Below are positions 12,452 to 28,710 of a DNA stretch of 43,007 nucleotides, one piece after another. The DNA comes from Atractiella rhizophila. Lineage: Eukaryota. Position 1 is the stretch's first letter, and the number at the start of each line of letters is the position of its first letter. A program made the position numbers and the translations under genes. The DNA lies in NCBI GenBank assembly GCA_021432655.1, contig MU271548.1:3203-46209 (forward strand), written 5' to 3'. The notes beneath the pieces are model-generated. The model did no database searches and was not told the origin of the DNA. It saw only the letters and a list, made by a program, of their open reading frames with translations.

Positions 12452-15321
12452 CTAACGTTTTATCGTCGGGAGATGCTTTCTTGGAGTCAATGCCTGTATA
12501 CTCTCTTTTCCTTCATCAGATGACGTTGCTCTCGTCTCTTCCGCACTTATTCTCTGACTTTGGCTATTCGCCTCGTCAGAAATCTCTCCTACATCCTGAG
12601 TCTGGCTCTCAGTCTCAGTCCGGCATGTATTCGACGTGGATGGCCGCTGTTCCTTCTCGTTCACATCTCTCAGCCCTACCGCTTTTCTTCGCATTTGTAT
12701 TGGTGTGGTACGGTCGCCGTTGTGATATCGTCTCCTTACAAGGAGAAGGAGCAATTGCTCTCCCACAACTATCGCAGTGTAAATGAATAGAACGAGAGGA
12801 ACTAGTGAGGGCACATCAACCGGTAATGTCGTATGCATTGACCATTGGAAAGCTTACTTAGCCAATTGTCCTCTAGGAGGATGTAAGGGACCAAGTTTGA
12901 TGAGGTTCCTTTGTTGCCGATGTCGAGAAGAGCGAAGAAGAGCAGGATAACTGCTATCGCTGCCAACGCAGAAATCGAAATCCAATCCCACAGGTCTACA
13001 GAAGTACACGTCAGTGAGACGGTCTTAATGACAAAGGGAGATGAGACTGACCACGCGGCCATCGAGTACTCAGACGAAGTACTGAAACAGAAAAGAGGAA
13101 CCCTCCAGCAACTGGAAGGAGAAAGAGTGAGGGTTTTAGTGCAGCTGAGAGCACCTCGTTAATATATTCAGTCGTGACGGCTGTCATAATGAGCACCTCC
13201 TAATCACTGGCAGAAACAAACAGCGTCACCTTCTGTGATATTTTTGTAGTTATTCACAATACCCCTTTCTTTGAAGAGCAGTCGGTCATCCAACGCAATC
13301 TTATACTTTTGAAAGGCATCCGTGATGACAATGAGGAAGAATCGCTGAACCTCCGAGCCGATAACGTCTTCCGCACTCGCGTTGCCCTGCTTGACAGCGG
13401 CTGTGACTGTCTCATTCCAACTATACAGCTGTATCTCTACTCATATGAAAGTCCAACGACAAGAAAATACCAACTGTATTAGCCCAACTGATTTCGTACT
13501 GCAGCAGATCTTTCGTGATCTCGCGATTCTCAGGTGAGCTATTGATAGAAAATGTAGCTGGATCCTCGAAATATATCTCTGCTTGGTTGGAAATTTTGTT
13601 GAACAATTTCGTGGCAAGTTCGACAACGTTCTATCGAGTCTTGAGATGCAGAACCAAAGCGACTGGTCAAAGCACCCACCACAGCATTCAGAGAGCTTTT
13701 GACGGCACTGAATCTGGTACATCTACCATGAGAATTCATTCAGACAATCACGTAAGTGGGCTCACAAAAATACGATGCAGATTTGGACAAAATAATGAGT
13801 ATAGATCCAAAATATAGACCGCAGTCTCCCTGTTTGGAGCTTTCTCGAAAACCCATCAAAATAGATTGCCCTGATCCACAAATGAGATATTCTTTCATGT
13901 TAAATCTCATGAAGAAAGGACAAACCAAGTGCAATAAACGAGAAGAAAAGAGCAGAGTAACTGAATATACGGTCCTAATCCGTAACCGCCTGCGCCAACA
14001 ACAAGCGTCCCAACGCCAACGAGGGCGATGATGGATTCACCTGGCAGAACAGGCTTCCCTCAGCTTCACCACCGCGAAGTATTTTTGCACATACCGAGAA
14101 TGATGAGGGTGAATAACCCGACTCTCTCCCCTAAGATGGTCCGACGAAATCTCACGTATCCTACCATTTGTGTCCCCACAACTTCAGCACCAAGCTCCAA
14201 ACCAATACCTCCGAACCAGAGAGACAACCTGACAGCGGCCAGCGATTTTGAGTCGGGTGAGTTGGTGAGAAGCACGTATCCCACGCTCCAAAGAATGAGG
14301 GAAACGAGTTGGGCGGACATGGTGAGAAGGATGGATTTGTTGGCTTTGTGTTTCGCTCGACGCAGGTAAACTTGCACTGACATTTCATGATCAGCATTAA
14401 ACGCAGAGAGAGGACAGGAGCGTGGACTGACGACGTAGATACTGGATTATGAGGACTGCACGAGAAACAATGTAGATTATGCTTAGCGCCTGTAATGCTC
14501 GTTTCGCGTCGGCAGCTTTGAAATCTGTTTCGACAGTCGCTTCTTCAAGGGTTTCCCATCCAGAATCTGCGATCTCTTGTGGACTTATGGACTAACGTCC
14601 TCATCACTCAGAGTTAGAAAGAGTGCGCGACCGAACTTACTGTTGAGAGGCCAAATGTAAGATCTATCTCCTCGCTGTAGGATCCGAGAGTGGCGAATAA
14701 GACGAGTTGATAGATCTTGATGACGCGGTGAAAGACATCGGAAGTGAGAAATTTAATATCGTAAATGATCTGGCGAGTGAAGGTAAACCAACGAACAATG
14801 CCAGCACAAATGCTCAACCTGCGAATTCCATATCCACCATATCGCGAGAAAGAACCCAGCGTACGTCGCCAATTGAGGAATAGTTGCGAGTTCGTGCTCC
14901 TCATTAAATGTCGAAATGGCAGAAATCTTACTTCTTATTAGTTGTTATAGAGAAGAGGGAAAGTTAACTCACAAAGAATAGATCCATTAGCCCGTCTATG
15001 GAGAAACATCAAGATTACACCCGTTGTTCAGCTTGTTCCTCACCAAGCCATGGTTCATCAGGGTTAACCTCTCCTTCAGCTTCCTCCACATTTCCTCCAT
15101 AGATTAAGTGTGAAGAATCAGGGTCGACACTGTTCACTTCATGCTTGGGTGCTCCGCTACTCTTGTCATCAACAACCACAGCCGTTCTGCACAAGTTCAA
15201 CGACGAGCACGCACTGGAAGTCGCTCAAGATCTCGCGCTTGTTTTTGAAAGGATTTTTGGAGAAAAAAAGTGAGCGCTCAAAGCGCTCTTTACGAAGGTG
15301 CTCGCTGGGCATTTGGGGCAT
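12452..15321 (-). CDS. LtrA (low-temperature requirement A)-like polytopic membrane protein
   Basis: EPWL/DGLMDLFF N-terminal motif, YDIKFLTSDVFHRVIKIYQL and GERVGLFTLIILG; several hydrophobic exons; ends approximate. Confidence 0.75.
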
Positions 15322-16126
15322 GATGTTGAGCAAGAGTAGCGATTATGTGGAATGCCGCTGGTGTGAAAAAGCTACAGTTTATCCCGTACCGTTCTTAATA
15401 TCATTGGTACTTATTGTTAAAATTGAACACTAGGATGGGAAAGGTAAAATTCCGGATTTGGCAAGGTCGCAGAACATCACAAAGCAATTGCACACGAAGG
15501 ATCATAACTGAATATTAATGACACAAATGACACATATGAGTATGAGGCATTGGTGGCAGTGGCATAGAAGGTGAGAGACACTCAAACTTGCATATCCAAC
15601 GTGAAATTAACGCGCCTTCTCGCAGGCTCCCCAAACAGCCACCGCACTCGATAGCCCTCATTTCTTGCCATACTCCCCATATTCCTTCTTCCCCAACCTA
15701 TAGCCGTGTAGTGAATAGATGACTAAGTTGACCTGTGCCTGACCTGGGTCTGCACAATAGCACAATTGCTCACATGACGTTGCCTGGTCAACCCGAAATG
15801 CCGCCCCATGCCGAAGCCAAGCAGGCTGACCAATTGGGAGGCAAGTGGGGGTAACAAAATGCTCGAATCACTTTCTTGTGCAACTCCCAAAAAGTAGCAA
15901 AAGCCAGAGCAGGAGAGTCCAGCGTCGTGCTTCTATTCCGAGAGTCGTACAGTTGATAAGTGAAGTCGTTTGATTTGCAAACGGTCGCACAAGTTGTAGG
16001 CAGGCAAGTACTACAACATTTTCATCTGTCTGTCGTCTGACCCGGAGATGTGAAGTCTACAAGATCTCTCTACTCCTCAAAGTATACTCAGATTGTCATC
16101 GCTATCTTCAGCTCAAAACAAGCAAA

Positions 16127-18379
16127 ATGCCTTTCTTCAAACGCTTCAAGCGTTCCGAAAGAGCTGAGCAAGAACTCGCGTCCCTTCCTGCATTCTTCGC
16201 CATCCGTTCTTCAGTCTGGTTCATCGCCTCGACCGTTGGATTGGCCGTGTTCACCGATTTAGCGTGTTATGGTCTCATGTGAGTGACTTGCCTGGTGCCA
16301 ATCTTGCTGCTCTCTGAAGAATAACGTCCTATTCCAGGATTCCCTACATCCCTTTCCGCCTTGAAGCTCTTGGCTACAGCGACACCTCTAGTCTTGCTGG
16401 GTGGCTAGTAGCCGCATACGCGGGTGGTGTGTGGTTTCTTGACTGCGTTTGTATTATCCAGACAGCTGATTTTCCCAGGCCTCATCGTTTCCTCTCCTCC
16501 CATTGGATGGATAGGAGAATATGGAGGAGCACGCCGGCTGCAGCTACTCATATACCTTAGTATATTAGCTGGCGGCACGGTGCTGTTTATGCTCAGTAAG
16601 TCCTTCTTTCGCTCCCTCCTCATCCAGAGCCTGATGGTGATGGAAGGCACGAATTTCTCCATCATGGTGGTTGCTCGTATCCTTCAAGGAATCGCGGGAA
16701 CAGGAACTTGGACGTTGGGACTTTCTCTAATCTCTGACACTGTTCCTGAGCACCGAATATCTGAAATTATGGGCTATGTGATGGTTGGGTATGTTATTGC
16801 TTCGAATACTGGACGAGAGCTGACGTTGATGAAGTTGGTCTGCGGGAGGAACAGTTGGTAAGTTTTCAAGTGTCGTTCAAGGGTTTGTTAAAGTTGGATT
16901 GATATGATATGCAGGTTACCCACTTGGTGGAGTGCGTATCTCTGTAACTGGGCTTGAAAATGTGCTCATGCACCGGTCTTTATCGCAATAGATATTATAT
17001 CAGAAGCTTGGCTTCCGTGCCCCATCTGTTTTCGCTTTAATCTGCAGTATGTCCCCTTCATCTCCTATTCACTTGGAAAACGGCGTCTGAGAAGACGTGT
17101 AGTTTTCCTCGATTTTGTACTTCGACTTCTTATCATCGAAAAACGGCCTGCAGCAAAACTGCTCAAGAGGCATCAAAAATATCTGGACCGTGTAGCGGAA
17201 GAAGGCTCGAAGGGGAAGGAGGTCGAACATTCGGAAAAAGAGAAGGAAGAGGATGACTTGGAAAAGGAGAAGAGCGGCATCGAAGATTTGGAAAATGAGA
17301 TCAACAGTCCGGAAAAGGACAAGACAGAGGCCGATGTTGGGGACGAGAAGGCGGAGCCTGCGATTGGAGAACGAGGGAAGGATGATTTGGCGATCGAAGA
17401 GACTCCCGGATCAAACGCTACAGACGCTCCAAAATCGACTCCTACTCCAAAATCTATTGCGAACTCGCTGAAACCCTCGTCAGCATCGACGAGGCGGAAG
17501 ATGTCGCCAGTCAAAGCTTTCATCTACCTCTGCAGCTCTCCTCGCGCAATGTCGCTCTTCTTCATGAGCTTCTGTCTTGGATTCGTATATTCTGCTCTGT
17601 TGGACACTGGCATTCCTATACACTTGGACAAAAAGTGAGTGGCTTGTCTTGAGGTGTGAAACCATGGCCTGAACAAGAATTGAAAGGTACGGAATGACCC
17701 CATTGGTTGCCGGCGTCGTCATTCTAGCAGCAGTAAGCGTCTCATTTTTTGCAGCTTGTTCCTCCCACTGATTGGTACCCTGGCACAGACAACTCCAAAC
17801 TTTGTGGTTGGACCAATAGGAGGAGCTCTCGCCGATCGCTATGGTGCGAGACTAATCATTTGCAGTGAGTATATTCCTCCATCCTTCAACCGATCCATTT
17901 CATTTTATTGCACAGTTGGTACAACTCTGTCCCTTCCGTGGTACGGCGTCCTAGCAGTTCCTTCCAACTCTCTCGCGGCATTTATCGTTCTCCTCGTCTT
18001 CGCCTTCACATTCCAAAACTGCTCCATGGCTCCTGTCGTAGGGGACATGTCGAAGGTCGTCCTTACCGCTCCTCCTGAAGCAGGATTGGGCTATTCGCAC
18101 CTCTACGGATTATTCAACTTCTGTTTCAGTACCGGATTGTTTGTCGGACCAATAGCAGCTGGACAGGCTTTGGAACACCTGGGAGGGAGGACTGGAGGGT
18201 GGAACTTCATAGTCATTATCACCGTCTGCCTGCTTGCCATTCAAGTGCCCTTTGCATGGTTCTTCGTTGGCAGGGAGGGAACAAGGACTGCAAGACGGCG
18301 GCAAGGAGAGGTTGAGGCTGAAAGGACGGCGGAAGAGGGAGCTCAAACGGAGGTGGACCCAGCAAGAGAAGGGGCTTGA
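16127..18379 (+). CDS. MFS transporter (DHA1/vesicular amine transporter-like)
   Basis: IRSSVWFIASTVGLAVFTDLACYG, VVARILQGIAGTG, GGALADRYGAR (motif A-like) and YGLFNFCFSTGLFVGPIAAG; acidic central loop. Confidence 0.92.
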
Positions 18380-20560
18380 GGGGAAGGAGGGTAGGAAGCA
18401 CTGACAGCAAATTCATCGCATTATTATTTATTCTTGCCTGCACGTGCTCATCATGCCTCGCTATTCGATTCAAAAATGCCGGAGACGATCATCTTGAATG
18501 TCATATGCTCACATGTTAGTTGCACAGTCAAAATTGATAGAAATGTAATGCTATGCTTGCCCACTCTTGATATTCCATCACAAGCAAACGAATACTTGTA
18601 TTCGTAAGAGCTCGCGAAGAGAGAATGCCTGGACTAGGAAATCGATTCGGATGTACTGTAACCATGCCGAAGCTCAGGACCTCACCAGCCTTTTCGTCCA
18701 CTTAAACAGGATTTCCATCAGGAGGTGCCAACAAAGACTGTCGGATCCTTGATGTGCTCCTCGCTGGACTCCTCGTCGAATCTCTCCTGCCGCTGCTTCC
18801 CCTCTTACTCTTCGCATGATGCAAGTTCTCATCACCTCCCATGGCTGGATATGCCACTCCTGCCTTCCTGTCTTCGTCCAACTCTTCATCTTCGTCCAGG
18901 TCTTCTGCGCTTGTGGCCGCTGCTTGAGAAATCCGTTGATGGGTTGACGAATGACGAAGAAGTGGGTCTCGCTCAGTTGCTTCTGCCACGTCTGTGGGGG
19001 TAGCTTTCTGCAAAGCAAGGGCAGGCAGATTGCGGGCGACTTGTGATCCAAAAGTAAGGAATATGCTGTAGAAGAGAGGACGAGACTGACGCATAATGAG
19101 CGGGGCAGAAGTGCCATGCACGATGATGGAGCAGAACACGACGAATGTCTACCGTTTATTTAGTCTTTGACCAATTAATGAAGAGTTGACGCACCACGAC
19201 CGGGATGATCCTGCTTCTGGATGTGTAATCGTGTGGTAGTTCCTCTGTCGCCTGCAATAACGTTATCAGGGCACTCAGAAGAAATCCAACATACGACCAA
19301 GGCATAATAGAGTGCGCCAACCCCAATCGGACCAAAAAATCCTACAAATGTAGCCTCCTTTCTGGCCTTGATGAGGGGGACGTGGTTTTGCAGGAACAAA
19401 ACAACAGGTAATCGGCGGAGGATAAGAATCAACACTCCAAGGAGAACGAGCCGTCCAAGCGGGAGGAAGTTTGGATCGGCCCAGGTTGAGAACGGTAAAA
19501 TGGAGCCCAAGAGGAGGAACACGGAGGTGTCGAAAAAAAAGTTCCACTCCTTCTGAGAAGTGGGAGTGGAGATCTTCGCTTCTTATCTATTCCATCCCAA
19601 GTTAGTCCCTACAGTTGCTCGGGACAGTGGAATAATCGTACTTTGTCCGTCCAATTGAGCGCAGTTCCAGCGAAGAAGCACGCCAACAGTTCGTTGGTCT
19701 TAAAAATGTTTGCGATCCCGATGGTAAAAAAGGCGAGAGCGACAGAAAACACCAGCATGCTCTCCCTATCGATGGTCTCTTTTCTCCTCGCTATCTTTAA
19801 GCCCTTTCTCGCTGCATATCCAATCATGCCTCCCAAGAAGCTTCCCCAAAAAGTATCCCAAAAAGCGGTGTACAAGAAGAAGTCTCGTGCTGTCTTTCCC
19901 GCTTCGTAGTTATTTAGGACTGCGAACAACGGTATGAAGAGGAAGGGAGATCCGAAGCCGTCATTGATCCCCGATTCTGCTACAAGGAGCTCTCGAATGT
20001 ATTGTGGGACGTGCTGCTCCGCAAAGATGCCTTTGACCACTGAATTCGCGAGTACAGGGTCCGTTGGCGCAATACAGGCACCTTTCCATCATACTTCGAT
20101 GCGATATTGTGATAAAGAGGAAGGACGAAGGACGCACCAATCATCAATGCCTCTGACATGCGAGTTGAAGGGAGACAGAGTTTGACAAGAGCTCCAGTGA
20201 CGAGCCAGGAAACTGTCATCACTGGGATTAAGAGAACGATGAGAGATTTGACGTTCTTTCCTTCCAGGAGCCATCTGGAAGGTAATGTCGAAGCTGCGAA
20301 GAGGACCTTGTTCCCCACAAACCAGAATCAGCAATCAGAAGCTCGCAAGCCTATGACATAAGCTTCACTTGAATCCCAATGACGATTCTGCAGAACCACT
20401 TCAGGGTCTCCCTCGCCTCCTCCGCCTCTCCACCCTCCTCATCCATCCACTGCTCAGGCACAAGATTGACGGCGCCCAAGATCCTAGGACCTAGCGCGAT
20501 TCCGAACAGCGTCGAAAGCAAAGGTTCAGAGAGGTAGGCATTCTTTATCACCCGAGAATA

Positions 20561-23453
<2,893 letters not shown>

Positions 23454-23809
23454 CTACTGACCACGTAGACAGCTGAGTGTGAAGGGTTGCAGACGAAGGT
23501 CGTCGAAAAAGTCGTGCGTGGCAAAGGAAGCGCTTTCGGTTCCGAGTGCCGACAGCGCCAGGACAAGTCTCAGTCTCAGGCCAATTTCCAGGACGAGAGT
23601 ATGAAAGGTTTATCGTTAAAACAGGGTAGATTACTCGGTAATAGTCTCTGCAGGGACGCAATTGTGCATGGCGAAAAACAATCTTGAATGCATGATGGGA
23701 CATAAGTATTCGACTTTTGCAACCTGCTCCAGCCTCCATACTACTCCTCCTCCTCCTGATACTCGCTCAATCCTCCGTTGTGCACATCGAATCAGAAAAA
23801 GGAAGAGAT

Positions 23810-24285
23810 TTAGTGTGCACCAGTCCTCCTCTGTTCTGCAATCACGCCTGTAAGGTCATCGATCTTTCTCTTTGCCCTCTTGAGCGTGCCGAGCTGTTCA
23901 CCCACACGAAACACCCACATCATAAGCCAATCAACATACATTCTCCAACAGCATTGTTGAAAGCAGGTGGAACTAGCGGAGGAAAAGACATACGCGAGCC
24001 TTGGTCAACTTCTTCGCCTTCTTATCCTTTGAGTTCCTGATCAACTCCATCACCCTCTTCTCGTACGGCGCGAATCCAGCGACCTCCCGGACAATGTTCT
24101 TAACGAAGAGGTTGCGCTTGGATTGGGCGCCTTTTCGGTTGGCTGGACGGGCAGGGAGGTTTCGTGTGCGAACCACACGGCCGCGGTTCATGCCGTTAGG
24201 AAGACCTTCCCACGCCACTTTTCATCAGGACACCAACCCTTACAACATAAACATGAGAATACTCACCAGTTTTCTCGACAGACAT
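23810..24285 (-). CDS. RPL36: 60S ribosomal protein L36 (eL36)
   Basis: [67 protein letters not shown]; 3 exons. Confidence 0.97.
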
Positions 24286-24454
24286 GGCGATGAGATGATA
24301 CTTTACCTTGGACGAAGTAACGATTTGCTGTTTTCCACGAGACCCTACTTCGATCGTGTGGCTCACTATTTTCCTGACGTGACCCTACCTTCACCACCGG
24401 TACTGTCTCCTCTTTTCTTTCTCTCTCGATCGACTGGACGACTAATCATCTACG
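24286..24454. promoter_or_regulatory. Bidirectional RPL36/RPL6 promoter with two GACCCTAC boxes
   Basis: Only 169 bp lie between the divergent ATGs. GACCCTAC occurs at 24341 and 24381 and resembles the Homol-E (ACCCTACCCT) ribosomal-protein element; TGACGT sits at 24375. Confidence 0.65.
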
Positions 24455-25287
24455 ATGGCACGTAACTCGACCATCTCCGCCCATATCGGGCGCCACTCCA
24501 GCTCCAAGCTTCGCTCCAAGACCGGCCTCTACAAGCGGAAGCCAGCATCCACTACCGCCTCCAAGACTGCCACTGAGGCGACAAAGACGAAGACCATCGG
24601 AGGAAAAGCTAACGGAGGCTCCCGCGCCATCCCTACCACCAGGGGACCCAAATATTACCCCGCTGAGGACGTCAAGACGCCGAAAAAATCACGAAAGTCC
24701 ACTTCCGTCGCCAAACTCAGATCCACCATCACCCCTGGTCAAGTTCTCATCCTTCTCGCTGGAAAGTACGCCGGAAAGCGTGTCGTCTTCCTCAAGCAAC
24801 TCTCTTCCGGCCTCCTCCTCGTTACCGGACCTTTCAAGCTCAATGGAGTGCCGCTGAGGAGGGTGGATCAGTCTTATGTTATTGCTACCAGCACAAAGGT
24901 CGATGTTGCCGGTGTGAAGGTGCGCTGATTCTTTATTCTATTTAAGAATGGTAGCGTAATGGTTTTGCCTGTCATCTTGCAGCTTGATGAGAAACTTGAC
25001 GATAAATTCTTTTCCCGCACGGTCTCCAAGAGCAGGAAAGGAACTGAGGGTGAATTCTTCGAGGGCAAGAAGTGCGTCTTCATGTTTCATTGCGCTGCTT
25101 TTGGCGTAACTAACGCGTTGTGGATAACAGGCAAAAAGTGCCCGCCTCAGAAGAGAAGATTGCCTCCCAAAAAGAAGTCGACAACTCCGTCCTCTCCGCC
25201 CTCAAGAGCACTCCCAACCTCGCCAAGTACCTCAGCACCCAATTTTCCCTCTCGAGGACACAACACCCCCATTTGTTGAAATTCTAA
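24455..25287 (+). CDS. RPL6: 60S ribosomal protein L6 (eL6)
   Basis: [76 protein letters not shown]; 3 exons. Confidence 0.97.
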
Positions 25288-26078
25288 ATGATGGGATTGT
25301 GGAGATGCAGGTGGATGGATGAATGGAGCGTTTTTTGGAGAGTGGGCGTAGGACGCACGTGCCGGCTTATGAGCTTGATATGAAATATGCGATATGCTTT
25401 TTCTTCCCATTTTCACGCAACGCAGCTGAACCGCGTCCGCTTGGTGTTGATCAAGCTGCACGCTTCTTTCGTGCCCAGTCGTCTTCCAAAGGGTAGAGGA
25501 TAATGATCTGTTGACCGCATTTCTAAGATGCAATGCCGATGGTTCCCTTCAGCTGGAAACGCACAAACGAGTTGACAATACCATCTACGTTAAGCACCTC
25601 AGCTCTTGCACGCTTGCTTGGATACCGAGCCTGTAATGGTTCCGAGTGATGCGTCGCGCCTTGCAGCACAGCGCCTGTTCAGGCATCCATTCTTTATCGA
25701 GTGCTAGTGGTGGACCACCAACTTCTTGCTCAACATTTGTCAGTGTCCCAGTCTAGACATATCCGCACGGTATATATGCGCCAAACAGGTATCCTGGAGG
25801 CGACACATAGCCCAGTGTCATCCCTTCTTCGATTTGCTGAAGAGGAAAGTACCCAGTCATTCAAGTTCAAGCTAAATGGCTAGTACAACTAGAAAATAAT
25901 AACTCCAGTCAGCTCCAGTGTTAATCCAAAGCTCGTTGAACGGCCTGGAGAACATTACCGAATTTGTACAGAGTGAACTGAGTAAACTTTGTTCGATGTG
26001 TTCCTTATAAAAGGTTCGATCCTGCTTTCAAATCCGCTCTTTCAATCGAAACAAATAAACAGGAAGGATAGCCCCGCC

Positions 26079-26953
26079 ATGGCGCTTCCACTCCCTCCTG
26101 TTCTCTCTCCCCTCAACGATTTAATTGACTGTTTGCGTTATTCTCTCTCTCCAACCATTCGAGCTGTCTTTCGAAAACCTGCCCTCCTTCTCTCCCCTTC
26201 TGCTCTTCGTCGAGAGTTTTTTTCGCACACTTGGGCATTAGCTTCTGATGGTATGGACGCTGGACGGAAGGAGGCGAAGCAGAAGCTGCTAGAAGGGAAG
26301 GTGGAAGGGAAGGTGCTTGATGTTGGCGCTGGCCGTGGAGTTACACTTAGATACCTCGATAAGCACAAGGTATATATTTGCTTCACAAATACTGCTTGAA
26401 AGAGTCAACATTTTGATTCCTGCATGGCTAGGTTGAGCTTTATATTGCTCTTGAGCCGAATGTGAATATGCACAGAGCGATTATGGAAGAAGCACGAGCA
26501 CTCGACTGGCGGCCGTCGCAAATCCTGCTTCTTCCTTACACGTTGGAGGGTGAGCATTCATCATCTGCAGGACAATCTAATGGCCAAACAGAACTTCCTT
26601 CGCTGTTTTCTTCGCCCTCCGTGCCTATTTCCCCAAACTCTCTCAATCATGTCCTCGCGATCCTCACTCTCTGTTCCTGTCATCAGAGCTCCATCAGCAA
26701 CATTCACAATGTCCTCAAACCTGGTGGAACATTTCTGTTCCACGAGCACATCCTGCATCCCTCGTCGCGCTGGATAAGGACATGGCAACGATTTTGGAGT
26801 CCCATCGTTGTGTGGTTCTTCGATGGCTGCAGGCTTGACAAGAATACAATGGAAGGCATTGGAAGAGCGGGAGAGTGGAAAGAGGTCGAATGTGAGACGG
26901 TAGGAAGGCTGGATGGCTTATACCCGGCAGTGAGTGGGTTTGCCACAAAGTGA
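26079..26953 (+). CDS. Class I SAM-dependent methyltransferase (METTL7/TMT1-like)
   Basis: GKVLDVGAGRG motif I, YIALEPN, ILTLCS, LKPGGTFLFHEH and FDGCRLD; 2 exons. Confidence 0.9.
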
Positions 26954-27242
26954 TTCTTGACGGACTGCTGCATCGCAGCAGGTCGGAAGCTGCTTCGTCA
27001 TTGTTCTTAATATAAATCTTCGAAAGGAGTTTGTCTTGGTGATCCACAAGACGATAGCCCCGCTTCGTGTCTTATTGTGGGATTTGCTTCCATTCTGTGC
27101 CTTCAGCTTATAACAAAGCGTGAATCTTGCCCTTGCAGGCGAAACGTCCTTGCTTCGTCCTCCCTCAGATTTGGATGGAATTGTATCCCTGTTATGCCTG
27201 GCCAGAATCAACACAGTGATATGTATTCGTTGTCAACTTGGG

Positions 27243-28710
27243 TTAGAGATACAAAAGATGTCCTTCATTCTCCTTCAATTGCTCGAAATTCTGGCAGAAG
27301 TGAAGGGAAGACTCGTTGCCGTGACTATCAGCCTGGTCAATGAGCCAAACGTCGAATGCTTCTTCGCTGCACATGTAGACATCGCCCTGCTCGTGATCAT
27401 TGAACTGCAGCGGGTGTAAATTTCGAAAGTCATATGATTCCCTGAAATGAGATACAGAGCTCTTCCTTAAAGAAGTGTGAAAATCACCAGCTGCGTCAAT
27501 AAAATCACAATCGCAGAAAAAGGTCTTGAACTGGAGGATTGGGCGCTCCCTACTAATTCTTGGGCGTAAATAGAGCGACACTAGGAACTGTGCTATGTCG
27601 CGAGCTCGAATATCACAGTAAAGCATCACAATTTCCTCCCAATAAGACGGGGTTATTTGCGATATCGAATTTAAAACTGAGGAAGAAACAAAACCTGAAG
27701 CTTCGTGAAGTCCATCGAGATACAGCCTTCTCAGGTGGATGATACGATGGAAAATTCCATCCAAAGGACGTTGCACGGAGCATGGCAGTAATCTGTCTTC
27801 GCTAAGAGTTTGAAATGCAAGACAGAGCTCTTCGAGGCCAAGTATATTGGCTATGAAATCAATAATGTTGTCGATCCCCACAGACGGATTAAAGGAACTG
27901 AACTGGAATTTCGATGTAAACAGCCCTCGCACATTCCGAAAGCTCTCCTGTGATAGCTGGCATTGCAGGAGCCCAAGGGAAGTCATATGGGTGGCGGTAA
28001 AAGTCCGCGCGTCCGCAGTGCCTTCTGTGGAATGCAATCCACAAAAGGTATACCGTCCAAGCGGACGGGCGGCGCTCACGATGATCTGGTTCAAAGACAT
28101 GTCCACAATCTCGCTGTGAAAATGGAGCGTTAAGTCTGACGTAGCAGTTTGAGAAACAAAAGTTAGGTTTTGAAGGAGCGTCGCAAGGTCGAAGTTCCTC
28201 CAAGGCAAGGAATAAACCGAAATCTGAGCAACGCGCTCGGGATCAGAGGCGAGTATGACTTGATAGCTATTCCATGCCTCCTGCGTTGAAGGTGGTGGCT
28301 TTCCAAAGAACAATTTTGGAGTTTTGGGGCAAATGCAGCAGATTGTGGACGTGAGCGAGGTTACGCAGATAGGACAAGCGCAGGAAGTGGCGAATAAAAG
28401 TAGACGGGAAGTTTTGGACGTAACGCTCCAAGATGTATATGACCAGCATGGCCCATAATGAGCATGTTCCGCGCAGACTGTTCAACTGACAACAAACGGT
28501 TGCATCAATATGCTCGACTCGGGATACTGGGGGTAAGTAGAAGGAGAAAGTATGTAGGATTAGTTCATGAGGTAGTTTCCCAATGTGACAGCTCTGATTG
28601 GGCCGGTGCACGATGGCTGCCTGAGAACGCAACCGAGGGGGAAGAAGAGCGGCGTCCTTGGAGTTGATGCCGTCTGTAAGAAACTCGCGGCCATCCTGGT
28701 ATGGTCTCAT
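27243..28710 (-). CDS. F-box-like domain protein with LRR-like C-terminal region
   Basis: IGKLPHELILHTFSFY..LRGTCSLWAML F-box-like N-terminus; a 356-aa downstream ORF with LEELCL/LRRLYL repeats. The join near 28300 needs an intron or a frameshift. Confidence 0.6.
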
